64,000 nt of DNA from Octopus sinensis (GCF_006345805.1 NC_043006.1:94550001-94614000), one strand, 5' to 3'; numbered from the stretch's first letter, positions 1-13,139 are shown. The notes: generated from the sequence alone by a model not told the origin. Translations and numbers: made by a program.

Positions 1-59
1 AACATAATACAGATATCATTTGGATAATATTGGTAGAATATTTTCCACATGGTGCAAAT

Positions 60-420
60 AATGTATCGCTCACGGCGGCGTTGTAGAGAATAGAGCTTCA
101 GCTGTTTAAGTCGAGTTCCATGGTGCCATTTATTTTCTTTTTGTCATTGATTTTTGTGGCGTTTCGATCCTCATCATGTTTTGTTTTTTGTAGGGGGACC
201 ACAATAGGCAGCAGTATTCGAGGTGGGGGCCTCGCGAATGCGGAGAAGAGAAGGATGATGGTTTCATGATCCCTATATTGAAAAGTTCTGAGGATCCATG
301 AGCACATTCTGCGGGCAACACTGACTTTTTTACAGATGTGCACACTCCAACTAAGTTTGCTGTCGACAGTTACACCTAAGTCTCCGATATTATCCGACGG
401 TTCAAATAGGTCTCCCGACG
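60..420 (-). mobile_element. CR1/L2-type LINE RT C-terminal remnant
   Basis: Two overlapping frames give DLGVTVDSKLSW...WILRTF and RxPHLEYCCLLWSPYKKQNMMRIE, typical of the post-RT region of CR1/L2-group LINEs; frameshifted. Confidence 0.75.
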
Positions 421-1899
421 GTAGTATATGAATGTATGTGTGTAAATTTGCATGCATTTTTTATGCATGTATTCTCATGCATAAACTTGCGTATCTGGAT
501 ATGTTCATATATATTTAAATGATAAACTTCTGGAATATATGTATGTATGTGTCTGTTCATCAATGTATATATATATATAATGTATTCGCGATGTGTATAT
601 CTCTAACCATGTGTGTGCAGACGTCCACTAAAAACGTATAAACAGAGCGTACTAAAATGAAAAAAAAATCTAATTGACCAGATTCAGACCCGACATCCAT
701 TCGGCAACCAGAAATCTACTTCTGAGTATTCAAGATAGCAATGGGAAATTTGATCCGCTACTTGGTATTAGTTTTCTGATAATTCAATAATTTTTCTTTG
801 ACTTGTAATGATTTCTCGACTGGCGATACAAAATTTCTAAGTGGGTCAAAAAATTCTTCAGGTGGCACAGACATTTTTGGATATGTGTAAAATTTTTAGA
901 AGGAATGGCAAATTTTTAATGAGAGAAAAAATTTTCAGAGGAGGGCTTGAAAAAAAATTTAGTATTTAGTGAGAGCAGAAAACTTTGTAAGGGTTTCCAA
1001 ATTTATATGGGGCGCAAATCGATTTCATATACAGACAAAGCAGAAACATTTTTTAGAAAGCAAAAAGTTTTATGAGGTTTAGAAAACTTTTCATATGGGT
1101 CAGGATACTTTTAGCTTTTATTTTCAAGTTTGTATAGAAAAAAAAGCAATATTTTGATTATGATAAAGTAAGTAAATTTGTTTAAACAACCTTTTGGCAA
1201 ACGTTTTACTGTTTTTATAAAGTTAAGAATTCAAATTAAATCGATATCATATGAAATATTATTTCATTATTTTTCGAGCATGAATATTTTTTCATTCTCA
1301 TTGAATGATTTATTTTATTGTATCATAAAAAAATCTATAAGTAAATTAAGTCTATGTAAAGTTTATTTCAATTTTAAACCTATAAAATGATAGGCAATCA
1401 ATCTATGTTAATAATTTTTAAAGTTCAGGTTCTTTATCTCCTTTAATAATATAAAACACTCACGAGTGTGTATCTGTATTCAAGAATATGTGTCTGCACA
1501 AAAACTCGACAATACGTCGCCATAGAGAAAAATTAAGGACTGTTTTAGAATTTGAAATCAAATAAAAATTTTTAAATATTATACTCTGCTTTCATCCATA
1601 ATTCATAGAAAGAGAGGTTTCTGGACTTTGAACCTTGTACGGACTCCTAAAGATAGGAGTGAAAGAGAGTCAGTGCAATAAAAGAAGGACAGATGGAACG
1701 TGCATGTTAATGTGCTATGTTTATTCACGAAATGAGGATAAATGTGTATGTATTATATGTGTGCATTCTCTTGATTTCCTGTAGTTCAGTTCACTTCATT
1801 GAAATTGGAAAGCAAGTCAAGCTGAAGAACAACAGAAACAAGACTATCCGAAAGCAAAGAGGCCGAGAAACTGACGAAGAGGAACGATCCTCGTTAAAC

Positions 1900-2960
1900 T
1901 TAGCCCTTTATTTTGATGCTTAGGTATCTACATAGGCCCGAATGGTAAGGGCTTTGCCTTTGCCTATCAGACATGCGCGTTTTTTTTTATCTTATATCAT
2001 AACTAGAAAGAGATTCCAGATAATTTCTCACCAAAGCAAGATTCATATGAAAGACCTTATTCCATATCTTGATTGCCCAGGAGCTGAAAAAAACATGTAT
2101 CTTCTGAAAAAAGGGGCCTGTGGGATGATTCAAGTCCTCCTGTAGACAGACTCATGGTCCATTTCATGGCTAGATTCCTCTGTGGTTAGCTGTGGAGGAT
2201 AACGTGAAGGCTGGTGACATGGACGTGGTCATCAGGGATGAGATTCCTGTCATAGATCCTAAGCCCTACAAGATAATCATGTTTCACATGGTCCATCGAT
2301 CGTGTGAACGTTTCAGTGAGAGTATTCCTTGCATAAAGACCGCAGGAGAGAAAAAGATGCATTCCAAGAACTTTCCGAAGCCTTTTCTGCTGTCCATAGA
2401 ACAAAGGAACGAGAGATATCTTATATATCGCCGCCGCGGTCTACATTACGAGGTCCTCTCAGGTTAAAATTAAAATAAAAAACCGGCGTAAGTATAGCAG
2501 GAGGATGTCAAACAATGCGTGGTGTCTTGCAATATATATCTCCTTCGCCGGTTTCACTGTGAGATCAATTATGATTATTGTTCAGTGTTATTAACATCGA
2601 ATACGTTCCAAAAGATATTACTAAATGGAGTGATCATACAGTCATCGAACATTATAGAGCTGATGATGTTATTCATTATGTTAACAAGATGAGGCAGCTT
2701 CAAGCCAAAAATTTTGTTGGAAGTTCTGATGCTGCATGGTGAATCAAAGAGTAACCAGTCTCTAAACATTTTCCGCCAGTGAAACGATTGGCTATCCAAT
2801 TTTCCAATAACCAGCGAATTTTGTATAACGAAAATGAATTCTTTGACGCTCTTCAGACAGGTCCAGCAGGGGAACATCTGACGCTGTTTTTGATTTCTGC
2901 AAAACCAGTACCAGAATATCATACTTGGGAGGGCAGATACCAAAGGGGTCACACATGAGT
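1900..2960 (+). mobile_element. Decayed Helitron Rep (HUH) domain
   Basis: Collinear Helitron Rep-like motifs across frames: KEIPDNFSPKQDSYERP; MVHRSC...SKNFPKPF...YLIYRRR; FHCEINYDYCS; QAKNFVGSSDAAW*IKE*PVSKHFPPVKRLAIQF; many stops and frameshifts. Confidence 0.75.
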
Positions 2961-3031
2961 GAACTCGAAAACTAGTTTCTGTTCATGGTATCTGCAATTG
3001 TTCGTAGTTGCAATATAAGTCATCGAAAAGA

Positions 3032-3245
3032 AAGGCGGTGAGCTGGCAGAATCGTTAGCACGCCAGACGAATTACTTGGCGGTATTTCGTCTGTCTTTAC
3101 GTTCTGAGTTCAAATTCAGTCGAGGTCGAATTTGCCTTTCATCCTTTCGGGGTCGATAAATTAAGTGCCAGTTGTGCACTGGGGTCGATCTAATCGACTG
3201 GCTCCCTCCCCCAAAATTTCGGGTGTTGTGCCTTGAGTGGAAAAG
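3032..3245 (+). mobile_element. tRNA-derived SINE, family A
   Basis: Head aaggcggtgagctggcagaatcgttagc with B-box-like gagttcaaattc; body gcctttcatcctttcggggtcgataaattaag shared with other copies in the window. Confidence 0.8.
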
Positions 3246-3349
3246 ACTATAAATCATTGAGAAACAATATTATAGGGATACATGCATGCATACAAACATA
3301 CATACATACACACATACATACATACATAGATGCATGCATACATACAACA

Positions 3350-3460
3350 GTCACCAATGTACTACCTACGTAGACATAACATTGTCGCAAATGCAATATA
3401 CAATGTCATTCGGAAAATGGACTCCCCTGGAATAAATATAGAGAATCCCCATATTATTAA
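3350..3460 (+). mobile_element. Short fragment resembling the C-terminal region of an RLE-type LINE
   Basis: YYLRRHNIVANAIYNVIRK resembles the RH(D/N) motif that follows the CCHC knuckle in R2/R4-group ORFs; very short. Confidence 0.35.
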
Positions 3461-3464
3461 AAAT

Positions 3465-3499
3465 ACCTGGGTTTGCATTCCTAAGGTATTTTTCGATGC

Positions 3500-3535
<36 letters not shown>

Positions 3536-3664
3536 CATTATTATTATTATATTATTATTATTATTATTATTATATTCAGGTCACTGCCTGGAATCGAACT
3601 CGGTATCTTGGGTTTAGTAGCCCGCGTTCTTAACCACTACACCATATGCCCATGGGCATTGAAA

Positions 3665-3741
<77 letters not shown>

Positions 3742-3900
3742 TATAATATCGAAAAATACTTTAGGAATGAGAACCCAGGTTCGAAATTTCCCCAAGACAC
3801 CTGATGAAGGCTGGAGGGTATATCATCTGAAACGTTTTGTTAACAACAAATAAGATGAGGACAAATATTCGTCAAATGTAAATAATGTAAATAATGTGAA
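3465..3900. mobile_element. Head-to-head dimer of a tRNA-head/(AAT)n/HHR-tail element (locus A)
   Basis: Minus copy has a tRNA-like head at 3576-3655, an (ATT)n tract and a truncated tail. Plus copy has (AAT)n and a full tail at about 3745-3900. The centre is the perfect palindrome ATGCCCATGGGCAT at 3646-3659. Homologous to 63047-63745. Confidence 0.75.
3796..3841 (+). ncRNA. Minimal type I hammerhead motif (core intact, stems weakened)
   Basis: GACAC-CUGAUGA-A-GGCUG...CAUCU-GAAAC-GUU-UUGUU. Confidence 0.6.
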
Positions 3901-4254
3901 TAATAATCAACACAGGGAATACTGGCGGAACATTCCCATGAAGACATCTATCAGATATAAAGATGCCAGACTGCATAATCTCCGTTTGCGACAGAGAAGA
4001 AAAAATAGGTAACCTGCTCTGCTGATGTGAAAATCAACGAGAAAGAAGATAACTACTTCGAAACGTCCAGCTTCTTTATATCCAGATTACATATTCACAT
4101 TTACACTAATGAGCCTTGGTGTACTTTGGTTTTGTGAGTGAATAAATGACAATCTAGATAAACTAGGGTTTTCAGAAAAAGAGATGAACCAAGTAACTTG
4201 CCTATTAAGAATACCTTCTGTAAGTGGCATAATAAACATATCCTAGACTTTACT

Positions 4255-4465
4255 CATACTCTTTTACTCTTTTACTTGTTTCGCTCATTTGAGTGCGACC
4301 ATGCTGGAGCAACGCCTTTAGTCGAGAAAATCGACCCCAGGACTTATTCTTTGTAAGCCTAGTACTTATTCTATCGGTCTCTTTTGCCGAACCGCTAAGT
4401 TACGGGGACGTAAACACACCAGCATCGGTTGTCAAGCGATGTTGGGGGGACAAACACAGACACAC
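4255..4465 (-). mobile_element. SINE family B tail
   Basis: Matches tails at 45525-45745, 40630-40830 and 52610-52770 (ttgacaaccgatgctggtgtgtttacgtccccgtaacttagcgg...). Confidence 0.75.
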
Positions 4466-4879
4466 AAACATATGCACGCACACATACATATATATATATG
4501 ACACACGAACCTGTGTCCATTATAACCTTCGAGCAGGTTCGTGTGTCATATAGCTAGCTAGAGGTGATGGCCACTTGGAGCTAATCAACAGCAGATTTAG
4601 TCTTTTATTTATGGACTGCCATATTAGCTTGGCGATAACTGCATATATTATAAATTTGTAATGAAATATAACTAGCAAACGCACACGTCCTTTGATCGGT
4701 TTAAGTTGCTTTGGTGGTATTTTTTTCACCAAAATATTTGAACTACCTAGAAGTTTTATGAGTAGCACGGCAATATATGTTTCCGATTAACCTAGGAACG
4801 GAATATGAAGTTAAAGACTACTTATTGTGGAGGTCGTTGCACTTTAATGATCATAGAACATATAAGTCTGCAAGCAACG

Positions 4880-5300
4880 CAAAGTAGAGCTGCTGAATTG
4901 TTTTGAGAGTAGATTATGTATATTGACTACAAAATATTGTTGTTTTACACGAAAGCCAAATTTCTCGTCAGAAACAGGCATATAAATGGTGTAAGGAAAT
5001 TGAAGGAAGACGTTTAAACTTCCCCTCTGTGAGTTTATTTTATTCAACAGCGAAGGGAAGTATTTTTTCGGAGAGATAAGCTAACAAAAGCCCCTTTATT
5101 CTGTCTTCCCACATAGCTTGAGCATAAACTAACAGCAAATGCCGCATAAAAATCAAATTGGAATGGAGCTTTCTGAAAGATACGTACATATTTCCCTAAT
5201 GGAAGCAAAACTCTTATTTAAAGGTTGATTCTTTGGGACGAATCTTATGTGATTGTTTAAAAAGGACTAGAACGTATTTGAAACAATGGACAACAGTTGA
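4880..5300 (+). mobile_element. Possible highly decayed hAT (Buster/Charlie-like) transposase fragment
   Basis: ILLFYTKAKFLVRNRHINGVRKLKEDV loosely matches the hAT LLxHTEVRWLSRGKVLxRxxELKEEV motif; many stops. Confidence 0.35.
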
Positions 5301-5536
5301 AACATCATAGTAGATGAGTAAATAAGCATCCTTAAAATGAAACAATGTTATCAAAGGTAAACAAAGATATCAACAAATAGAAGAGAGGGAAAGGAACATT
5401 ACCGCTCAAGTAACTCGGAACAGGTAAAGGTAAGCTTGCCAAAGTTTAATGCAGTTTAAAATATAGAGATTAAGATTGTTTGGTGTTGGATATTTAACGT
5501 GTACAGTGTTCCTAGTCAATTTAATCACCGTGGCAG

Positions 5537-6041
5537 GTGGACAGTGGAAATAAATAGACAAAATCCTTTCACTTTTATAAAAAGATTTAAAAAAGGGTGG
5601 AAAATTTTACATACAAAAAGCTATGTCCATTTACGTCCAGTTACGCGGGAGCTCTGAGCAAAATGTTATAGTGCATGACCATCTTTGGGACATAAGTAAT
5701 GTGTGTGTAAAGTTTGGTGAAAATAGGTTGAGAATTGTAGAAATGTATGCGTTAGTCAATATATACACACATACTGTGATTTATGTGGACAGTGGAAATA
5801 AATAGACAAAATACTTTCACTTTTATAAAAAAATTTAATAAGTTTGGAAAATCCTACATACAAAATAATTATGTTCACTTACAGCAATTTACGCGGTAGC
5901 TCTGGGCAAAGTGCTATAATGCATGACCAACCTTGGGACATAAGTAGTACGTGCGTAATGTCTGGAGAAAATCGGTTGAGAATTGTGGAAATGTATGCGT
6001 TAGTCACTATACACACACATACTGCGATTTATATATACTAG
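5537..6041 (+). repeat. Diverged tandem duplication, 248-bp unit, ending in CTAG
   Basis: gtggacagtggaaataaatagacaaaat starts at 5537 and 5785; the second unit ends ...gatttatatatactag. Confidence 0.8.
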
Positions 6042-6344
6042 ATAACTAGTTATTTCTTTAAAATGATACCAATAGTTTCACCATTTCCAGTTCGTCAAGG
6101 ATGATAAAGACCAACATATTCAATATGTGTTGTTGAATATAAATCAGGTGAAAGGCAAATCGGAGACAGTGAAACTATTTAATTGTAAAGCAACTGAAGA
6201 ATGATGATCAAGTCAAGTATTGAAAATAAACCCGCAACGGTATCTTTATGCTTAAACTACTTTTATTCCTTTCATGTATGTATGTATGTATGTATGTATG
6301 TATGTATGTATGTATGTATGTATGTATGTATGTATGTATGTATG

Positions 6345-6389
<45 letters not shown>

Positions 6390-6812
6390 GTTTAGCTAGC
6401 TTGCCAGCTTCGTAGATGGATAGCTGTATTTCTATAGATGTAGGTCTCATAAGCTGGCTACCCGGTTTCCCTGACATGCAAATGACTGGAGGCACGACAT
6501 TCCCTCATAGAAAGGCCACTGGTTCGTTGCAGGGCTAAAGTCAAGAAAATTTGAGAGGGGGAACGCATATTACATTGACCACAGAAGTTAACTGGTACTT
6601 CATCGACCTCGCAAAGAAGGAACGAAAATTTAAACTCCATTGAATTTCAAATTAGAACGTATAAAAACAGATAGAAGAAATGCCGCAAAACAGTGTGTCC
6701 GAGATGCCAAAGGTCCCGCCAGCTCGCTTTACACCCCCCCCCACACACACACACACACACACATACACATGTATTAATTTTTGCTTTTCTTTTTGTGAGA
6801 GAATAAATATTA

Positions 6813-6855
<43 letters not shown>

Positions 6856-7056
6856 CATTATTGATGTTGTTGTTGTTTTTGTGGTTATTGGTTTTGTTGT
6901 CGTGGGCTGTTGTTACTTAAAACAGTTTGTTTCGGCTCCTTGTCACTAAACTTTTCGTAGGTTTCTTACAGAAATTTTCAGTCCAACTATGTTTAGTGCT
7001 TCTTTTTCTCGTCCACTCAACCATATATATATATATAAACACACCACACACACACA

Positions 7057-7087
<31 letters not shown>

Positions 7088-7469
7088 TACACACACACAC
7101 AGATGCACGAATACATGTGAGTTTGTGTGTAGAATATAAAACCGCATAAACGAAATCGTCCTTAAAATCCACGGCATTATCTTTTAAGCCTGTACTCTGA
7201 AGCTCAATCTCCAAATTTCCCAATCACTGTCCAATCTATTTACATAGCAATAAATTAGTTGATTTCAAACTGTCGTCAATAAGAGATTTCTCTAAATGTA
7301 TTACACACTTGTGTATTGAAACAGATATTGTTACGTTTCCCACTTATTCTATGATTCATTCATACACGCGAACTCACACAAATATAATTACGTACTCATA
7401 TTTATTACTGGCGCAAATATATACTCTCACATATAAAGTTAATGGCATTAAAATCATTTATATATATAG

Positions 7470-7492
7470 ATATATGTACGTATGTATGTATG

Positions 7493-7537
<45 letters not shown>

Positions 7538-7560
7538 ATATATATATATATGTACATATG

Positions 7561-7598
<38 letters not shown>

Positions 7599-7718
7599 TA
7601 TATATATTATATATATGTGTACGATCACACCAGCACGCAAATACATATATGTGTGTATATAAGTATATGCATATATATGTGGGTGTATGTATATGTGCAT
7701 ATATATATATATATACAT

Positions 7719-7759
<41 letters not shown>

Positions 7760-7809
7760 TATATCTATATATATATATATATATATCTATATATATATAT
7801 ATATTATAT

Positions 7810-7848
<39 letters not shown>

Positions 7849-7850
7849 TA
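7470..7850. repeat. (TA)n-rich microsatellite tract (one of many)
   Basis: Direct reading; accounts for the YI-repeat ORFs. Confidence 0.95.
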
Positions 7851-8419
7851 CATATAAATTGCTGCATATACATATACCTATACGCGTACAGAAACACTTA
7901 CAGAACAATGAATTTTAAATAACATTGGTTTAACATAAATTTATTTATTCATGGCTAACCAGTTTCAACAAAGACTATTAAACAAGAAGTGTTTATTACA
8001 GCTTTAGACATATTAAAACCACAACACTCACCTCTGCTATTCTGCCCTTTGTGAAGAGACTAAAGTCCGTAAGAGGGGAAAGTAATTTTAATTAGGCGTT
8101 TTGAAATGTCTAAATCAGTTGCACAGTTTGTTGTTTGACTGGGTTAACTTCTAACTAAACAGTAGTAGTTTTCGATGTACAATCATGTACATTTATTTAG
8201 TGATTACATCAACACTTGACCAGACTTTAGTGCGATTCAGTCGCAAAGTTGATTGAGTGGTATAAATTACTATGGTTGCGTGGCAAAAGGCTTGCTTCAC
8301 AAACGTGTGGTCTTGGTTTCAGTTCTACTGCGCGGTACCTTGGATCTATGTCTTCAACTTTAACCCCAGGCTGACCAAAACTATGTGAGTGTATTGGTAG
8401 CTGAAAGAAGCCCGTTATT

Positions 8420-8464
<45 letters not shown>

Positions 8465-8472
8465 ATACATAT

Positions 8473-8697
8473 TTCTTTATTGTCCACAAGGAGCTAAACA
8501 CAGAGGGGATAAACAAGGACAGAAAAAGGAATTAAGTTGATTACATCGACCCCAGTGCGAAATTTGTACTTTATTTATCGACCCCGAAAGGATGAAAGGC
8601 AAAGTCGACCTCGGCGGAATTTGAACTCAGAACGTAACGGCAGACGAAATATGGCTACGCATTTCGCCCGGCGTGCTAACGTTTCTGTCAGCTCGCC
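8473..8697 (-). mobile_element. tRNA-derived SINE, family A
   Basis: Reverse complement of the 3032 and 46484 copies. Confidence 0.8.
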
Positions 8698-8755
8698 ATG
8701 ATTGATCACTAAATCCACAAGTTTTTATTCTCTCCCTGTATATTTCCTCGTGTTC

Positions 8756-8791
8756 CTTTCTGTTGAAGAGCTTAGGTTCGAAACATAAAAG
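8756..8791 (+). ncRNA. Hammerhead-like motif, CUGUUGA core variant
   Basis: CUUU-CUGUUGA-A-GAGC-UUAG-GUUC-GAAAC-AUA-AAAG; stems I and II pair. Confidence 0.45.
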
Positions 8792-9420
8792 ACTTTCTGA
8801 GTTTCCCGAGCGTCAAACTAATACACTTGCTTGTTGTTTATACACCCGTCTTCGTCTTTTGTTTTTCTGTAAATTTCAACTATATGTATATATACACGTG
8901 TATGTGTGTGTTTGTATGTATATGTATATATGTGTATGCGTGTGTACGTGCCGCTCTGATTGTGTGTGTTCCACATAACGGCTTGAAAACCGGTTCTGTT
9001 TGCTTTAGCAGTTTGGCAAAACGAGAGCAATAAAATAAGTACCAGGCTTTAAAAAAATAAGTGGATCGATTTTTTCGACAGAAGCCGCCGATGCTGCAGT
9101 TTAATAAAAGAAATATGTAAAAGATAAAAAAATATGAAATGCTTTGGAAACGACTTAAGCTGATCAAATAAACGGCTTTTTTGCGCACATCACATGTTAA
9201 AACCTGTGTGTATGCTTGTGTATATGTGTATGTGTATGCGTGTGTTTGTACATGCGCTCATGTGTGCATATATTCATGAATCGTAAGATTAGCTGTGTGA
9301 GGAAATGCTTTCCTTTAAAAAAACACTGAAATTTCATACCCGTTTTATTTTGCTCGTGTTTGTCTAGGCTGCGGGAATACCTTATCGTTATATAATTATA
9401 AACAGTTTCATACACACACA

Positions 9421-9458
<38 letters not shown>

Positions 9459-10872
9459 ACACATTACACTATGGTTCACACCAATTCGCAGTTTCCTTGG
9501 TGCTGGTTTATTGAAGCAGTTTCACCACCACTGATCAGACTCCGATCTCACTGTTAACTTAATTGCAATTGCCGTTAGGTGTTTGTTTAATGTCTGTAAA
9601 ATAGCGGAGATAAAAATCAATAAATTAAGAATAAATATTGTGTTGTATTTAGTATACAGTAACATATCATGCTATGCCATTTTGAATCATTTGTCTTATG
9701 TCACTTTTGTTGTAATTACTATTCTGTGTAACTGGAGTATTGGTAGGAAAATGCTGTGACGATGACGCCTAATAAGTAAAAACATGTATTATTGATGGCA
9801 GGACAAAAAGTTTAACTCCCCCTAAACGGTGTTTTATTTCAGAAGGCTCATTGCTCCGTCCTTGAGATAATCACCTTTTCCCATTTGAAGTTGGTTGACA
9901 TTTCTTCAACGCCACCACGAGAGTATATTTTCTTTAGATTTTGGTAAACAGTTTTTATCATATTTCTTTTATTACTAAATTTGTTCTTCTGGCCATCCAG
10001 AGTTATTTCCTTAGCTAATTTATTTTTAATAATAAATAATTATATGTATATGATCATGCGTATAAACATACATACACATATGCTTGCATATATATATATA
10101 TATGCAAGCATATGTGTATGTATGTTTATACGTATGATCATATATATAAATCAATAAATGGTGGGGTTGTGTTGACCGCACGTGGGGAAATGATAGGCAA
10201 GGAATATTTGTAAAAAGGCAGAATGCTAAATTGAAAGAACATTTTAATGAAAATGGGTGTATGGAAAATTTTGAAAAATTGATAAAATATATATATATTA
10301 ATTCAAACCGGTTTTCGTCATAATGTGACTTTTCAAGAATTGTAAATAACAAATTTTTTTTAAATGTGAGGAGGGGGGAAAAAAGAAAATTACATTGTTT
10401 TTTGCAAAAAAATAATAATAATAAATATATACAAAAATTAAAAAATAGGTACTCCGATACATTGTAAAGTCTTTGTGCATCTTGAGTTTAATGATAGTTC
10501 ACCAAAAAATTACCTTGAAGTATTGAGATCCAATGGGATTAAATCGATGTGTTGTTTAATTTAAATAAGGGTGTCTCTTAAGTGAATGGCAAAATAGGAA
10601 GTAGTAGTCCAGTTACTGTGTTGTAAATAAGGGGAGACCACTCTATGGGTTTTAAGCTCTTCAATTTGTGCTTATCAATTTTTTTGTAATAAAGGGTGTT
10701 AATAAACCTTAAATTATAAAATTATCACTTTAGTTTCATTTGCATTATCTTTTTTTATATAGTTTTTTGCTAACTTAGCATTCAGATTTTAACACTTTAT
10801 TTATATTATTTTCTAATTATATAAATTTGCATAAACCAATTTATAATTACATTTCAGATTGTTATGTCATAT

Positions 10873-10927
<55 letters not shown>

Positions 10928-10950
10928 GAAGAAGAAGAAGAAGAAGAAGA

Positions 10951-13105
10951 ACGATATTTTCCCCATTGAACAAAAAGGGTGCCGCCGAGGCTCTTACGGA
11001 TGCAAAGATCAACTGCTAATCAATCGTATGATCCTTGAGAACTGTCACAACAAGCGCAGAAATCTCAGCACCGCATGGATTGATTATAAAAAGGCCTTCG
11101 ACAGTATACCGCATCCATGGATCTTGAGATCGCTGGACATCTTCAAAATTTCCCCTGTGATTTCAAACTTCCTGAAGCACAATATGTCGTTGTGGAATAC
11201 GAATCTCCAATTATATCACTCTAATGGAGTACTTGCCTCAGAAAATATAAACATCAACTGTGGAATTTTTCAAGGTGACTCACTTTCACCTTTAATATTC
11301 TGCATAGCCCTAATACCCCATACAAATGAATTAAACAGAACAGGGTATGGGTATAAAATTGCCAATAAAAAAATAAGCCATCTATTTTATATGGATGACT
11401 TAAAACTTTATGGTAAAGACAATAATGAACTTGAAGGCCTATTGCGCACCGTGAAAGCATTCAGCGATGACATCGGGATGGAGTTTGGACTTGAGAAGTG
11501 TGCCAAGGCCACTTTCCAGAAAGGGAAAGTGAAGACCACAAATTCAGTCGTGTTAGATGTTGACACAGTCATAAGAGAGCTTGAGCAAGAACAAACATAC
11601 AAATATTTAGGGATAAATGAAGGCTCTGGTATTCAGCATGCAAGCATGAAAGAGAAGATCAGGAAGGAATGTTATAGGAGAGTTCGTGCAGTCCTGAAAT
11701 CTGAACTAAATGCACGCAACAAGGTGTTAGCTATAAATTCCTTAGCAGTTCCAGTTGTTACTTATAGCTACAATGTGTTGAACTGGAATATGAGTGAAGT
11801 AAATAATATAGATAGGAAAATACGCAAGCTGAGTTGTAATAGGATGCACCACCCAAAGGCAGACGTAGATCGCCTTTACCTTCCCAGAGCCCAAGGAGGT
11901 CGAGGCCTGATCCAATTTGAACTAGCTTACAAAACAACCACCATTGGACTGGCCAAATATCTCGAAATATCGAATGACTGGATGCTAAAGCTCGTGGAAA
12001 ATCACGAGAGGCGAAAGAAGCTTCATTCTATCATAAAGGAAAGCAAAAAATTTGCTATTGATCTCGTGCAGGATACCCAAACTGAACAACCCGAGGGAAG
12101 TACGGCAACTATTGTTGCAAAGAAGGTGAAAATGATGGCAACGAAAAAAGCGCACGAGCAATTGGCTGATAGGTGGGAGGAGAAACCTCTGCACGGCAAA
12201 TATGTGACCCGCAGCAAACAAGCTGATGTTGACCAGAAGCAAACCCATCAGTAGCTACGGAGCTCAGGGCTAAAAGCAGAGAGCGAAGGTTTCATCCTGG
12301 CTGCTCAAGATCAAAGCCTATTAACCCGGAACTACCAGGCCAATGTGATGAAAAATGGAGCAGACCCAAAATGCCGATTCTGCAACGACATGATTGAAAC
12401 AGTGGACCATCTAATCTCTGGATGTAAAGTCTTAGCACCAGTGGAGTATAAATTAAGACATGACAGAGTTGGCCAATATCTCCATTGGCTAATAAGTCGG
12501 CATTACAATATCAAAACTGCCGACAAGTGGTATAATCACCACCATGAGGCTGTAACTGAAGGAGAAAATGTAACCATTCTGTGGGACTTTCCAGTACATA
12601 CAGACCGAACCATCAAGGCCAATAAACCAGATATTGTTGTGAAAGACCAAAACAATAAAGTTTGCTTATTGATCGACATGAGCATCCCCTGTGATCATAA
12701 TATCTCAGCGAAAGAGTTTGACAAGCTCAGAAAATATAAAGACCTACTCATTGAAATTGAGAAAATGTGGCATCTCAAGGCGGTTACAATACCAGTGATC
12801 GTAGGAGCACTAGGAATGATCAAGAAGGGAACCGAAAATTATATGAGAATGATCCCTGGCTTACCATCCCTGCAAGGAGTGCAAAAGATTGTCTTAACTG
12901 GTACATCACATGTATTGAGAAGAGCATTGTCGATGTGAGAATTGTTGCTGCTCATGTATTTTAATTTAACTTAAAAAAAAAAAAAATTAACGAACTATTG
13001 AGTTTGGTTTAATGGCCTACCAATGTATACTATGAGTTTCTTTGCCCTAGGAGTCGGGAAGACACTCGGCAAGAAATGGAAGCAAATTTGAAAGAAGAAA
13101 AAAAT
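10951..13105 (+). mobile_element. 5'-truncated R4/Dong-clade non-LTR retrotransposon (RT, CCHC knuckle, RLE endonuclease)
   Basis: RT motifs DYKKAFDS, IFQGDSLSP, FYMDD, YKYLG; CRFC...H...C knuckle; KPD...D...K restriction-like endonuclease; single in-frame TAG at 12252-12254; 3' UTR ends in (AAT)n and the 5' flank is (AAT)n(AAG)n. Confidence 0.92.
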
Positions 13106-13139
13106 AATAATAATAATAACAACAATAATAATAATAATA

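Noticed and set aside
3576-3655. tRNA genes at tRNA-like heads (also 35065, 53120-53195, 63405-63505)
   Set aside because: No complete cloverleaf, and each continues into a repeat body, so these are SINE heads
7309-7922. Many 60-195 aa ORFs rich in YI, CV, HT, YVCM or YLSI (here and throughout)
   Set aside because: Translations of (TA)n, (TG)n, (TATG)n and (ATCT)n microsatellites
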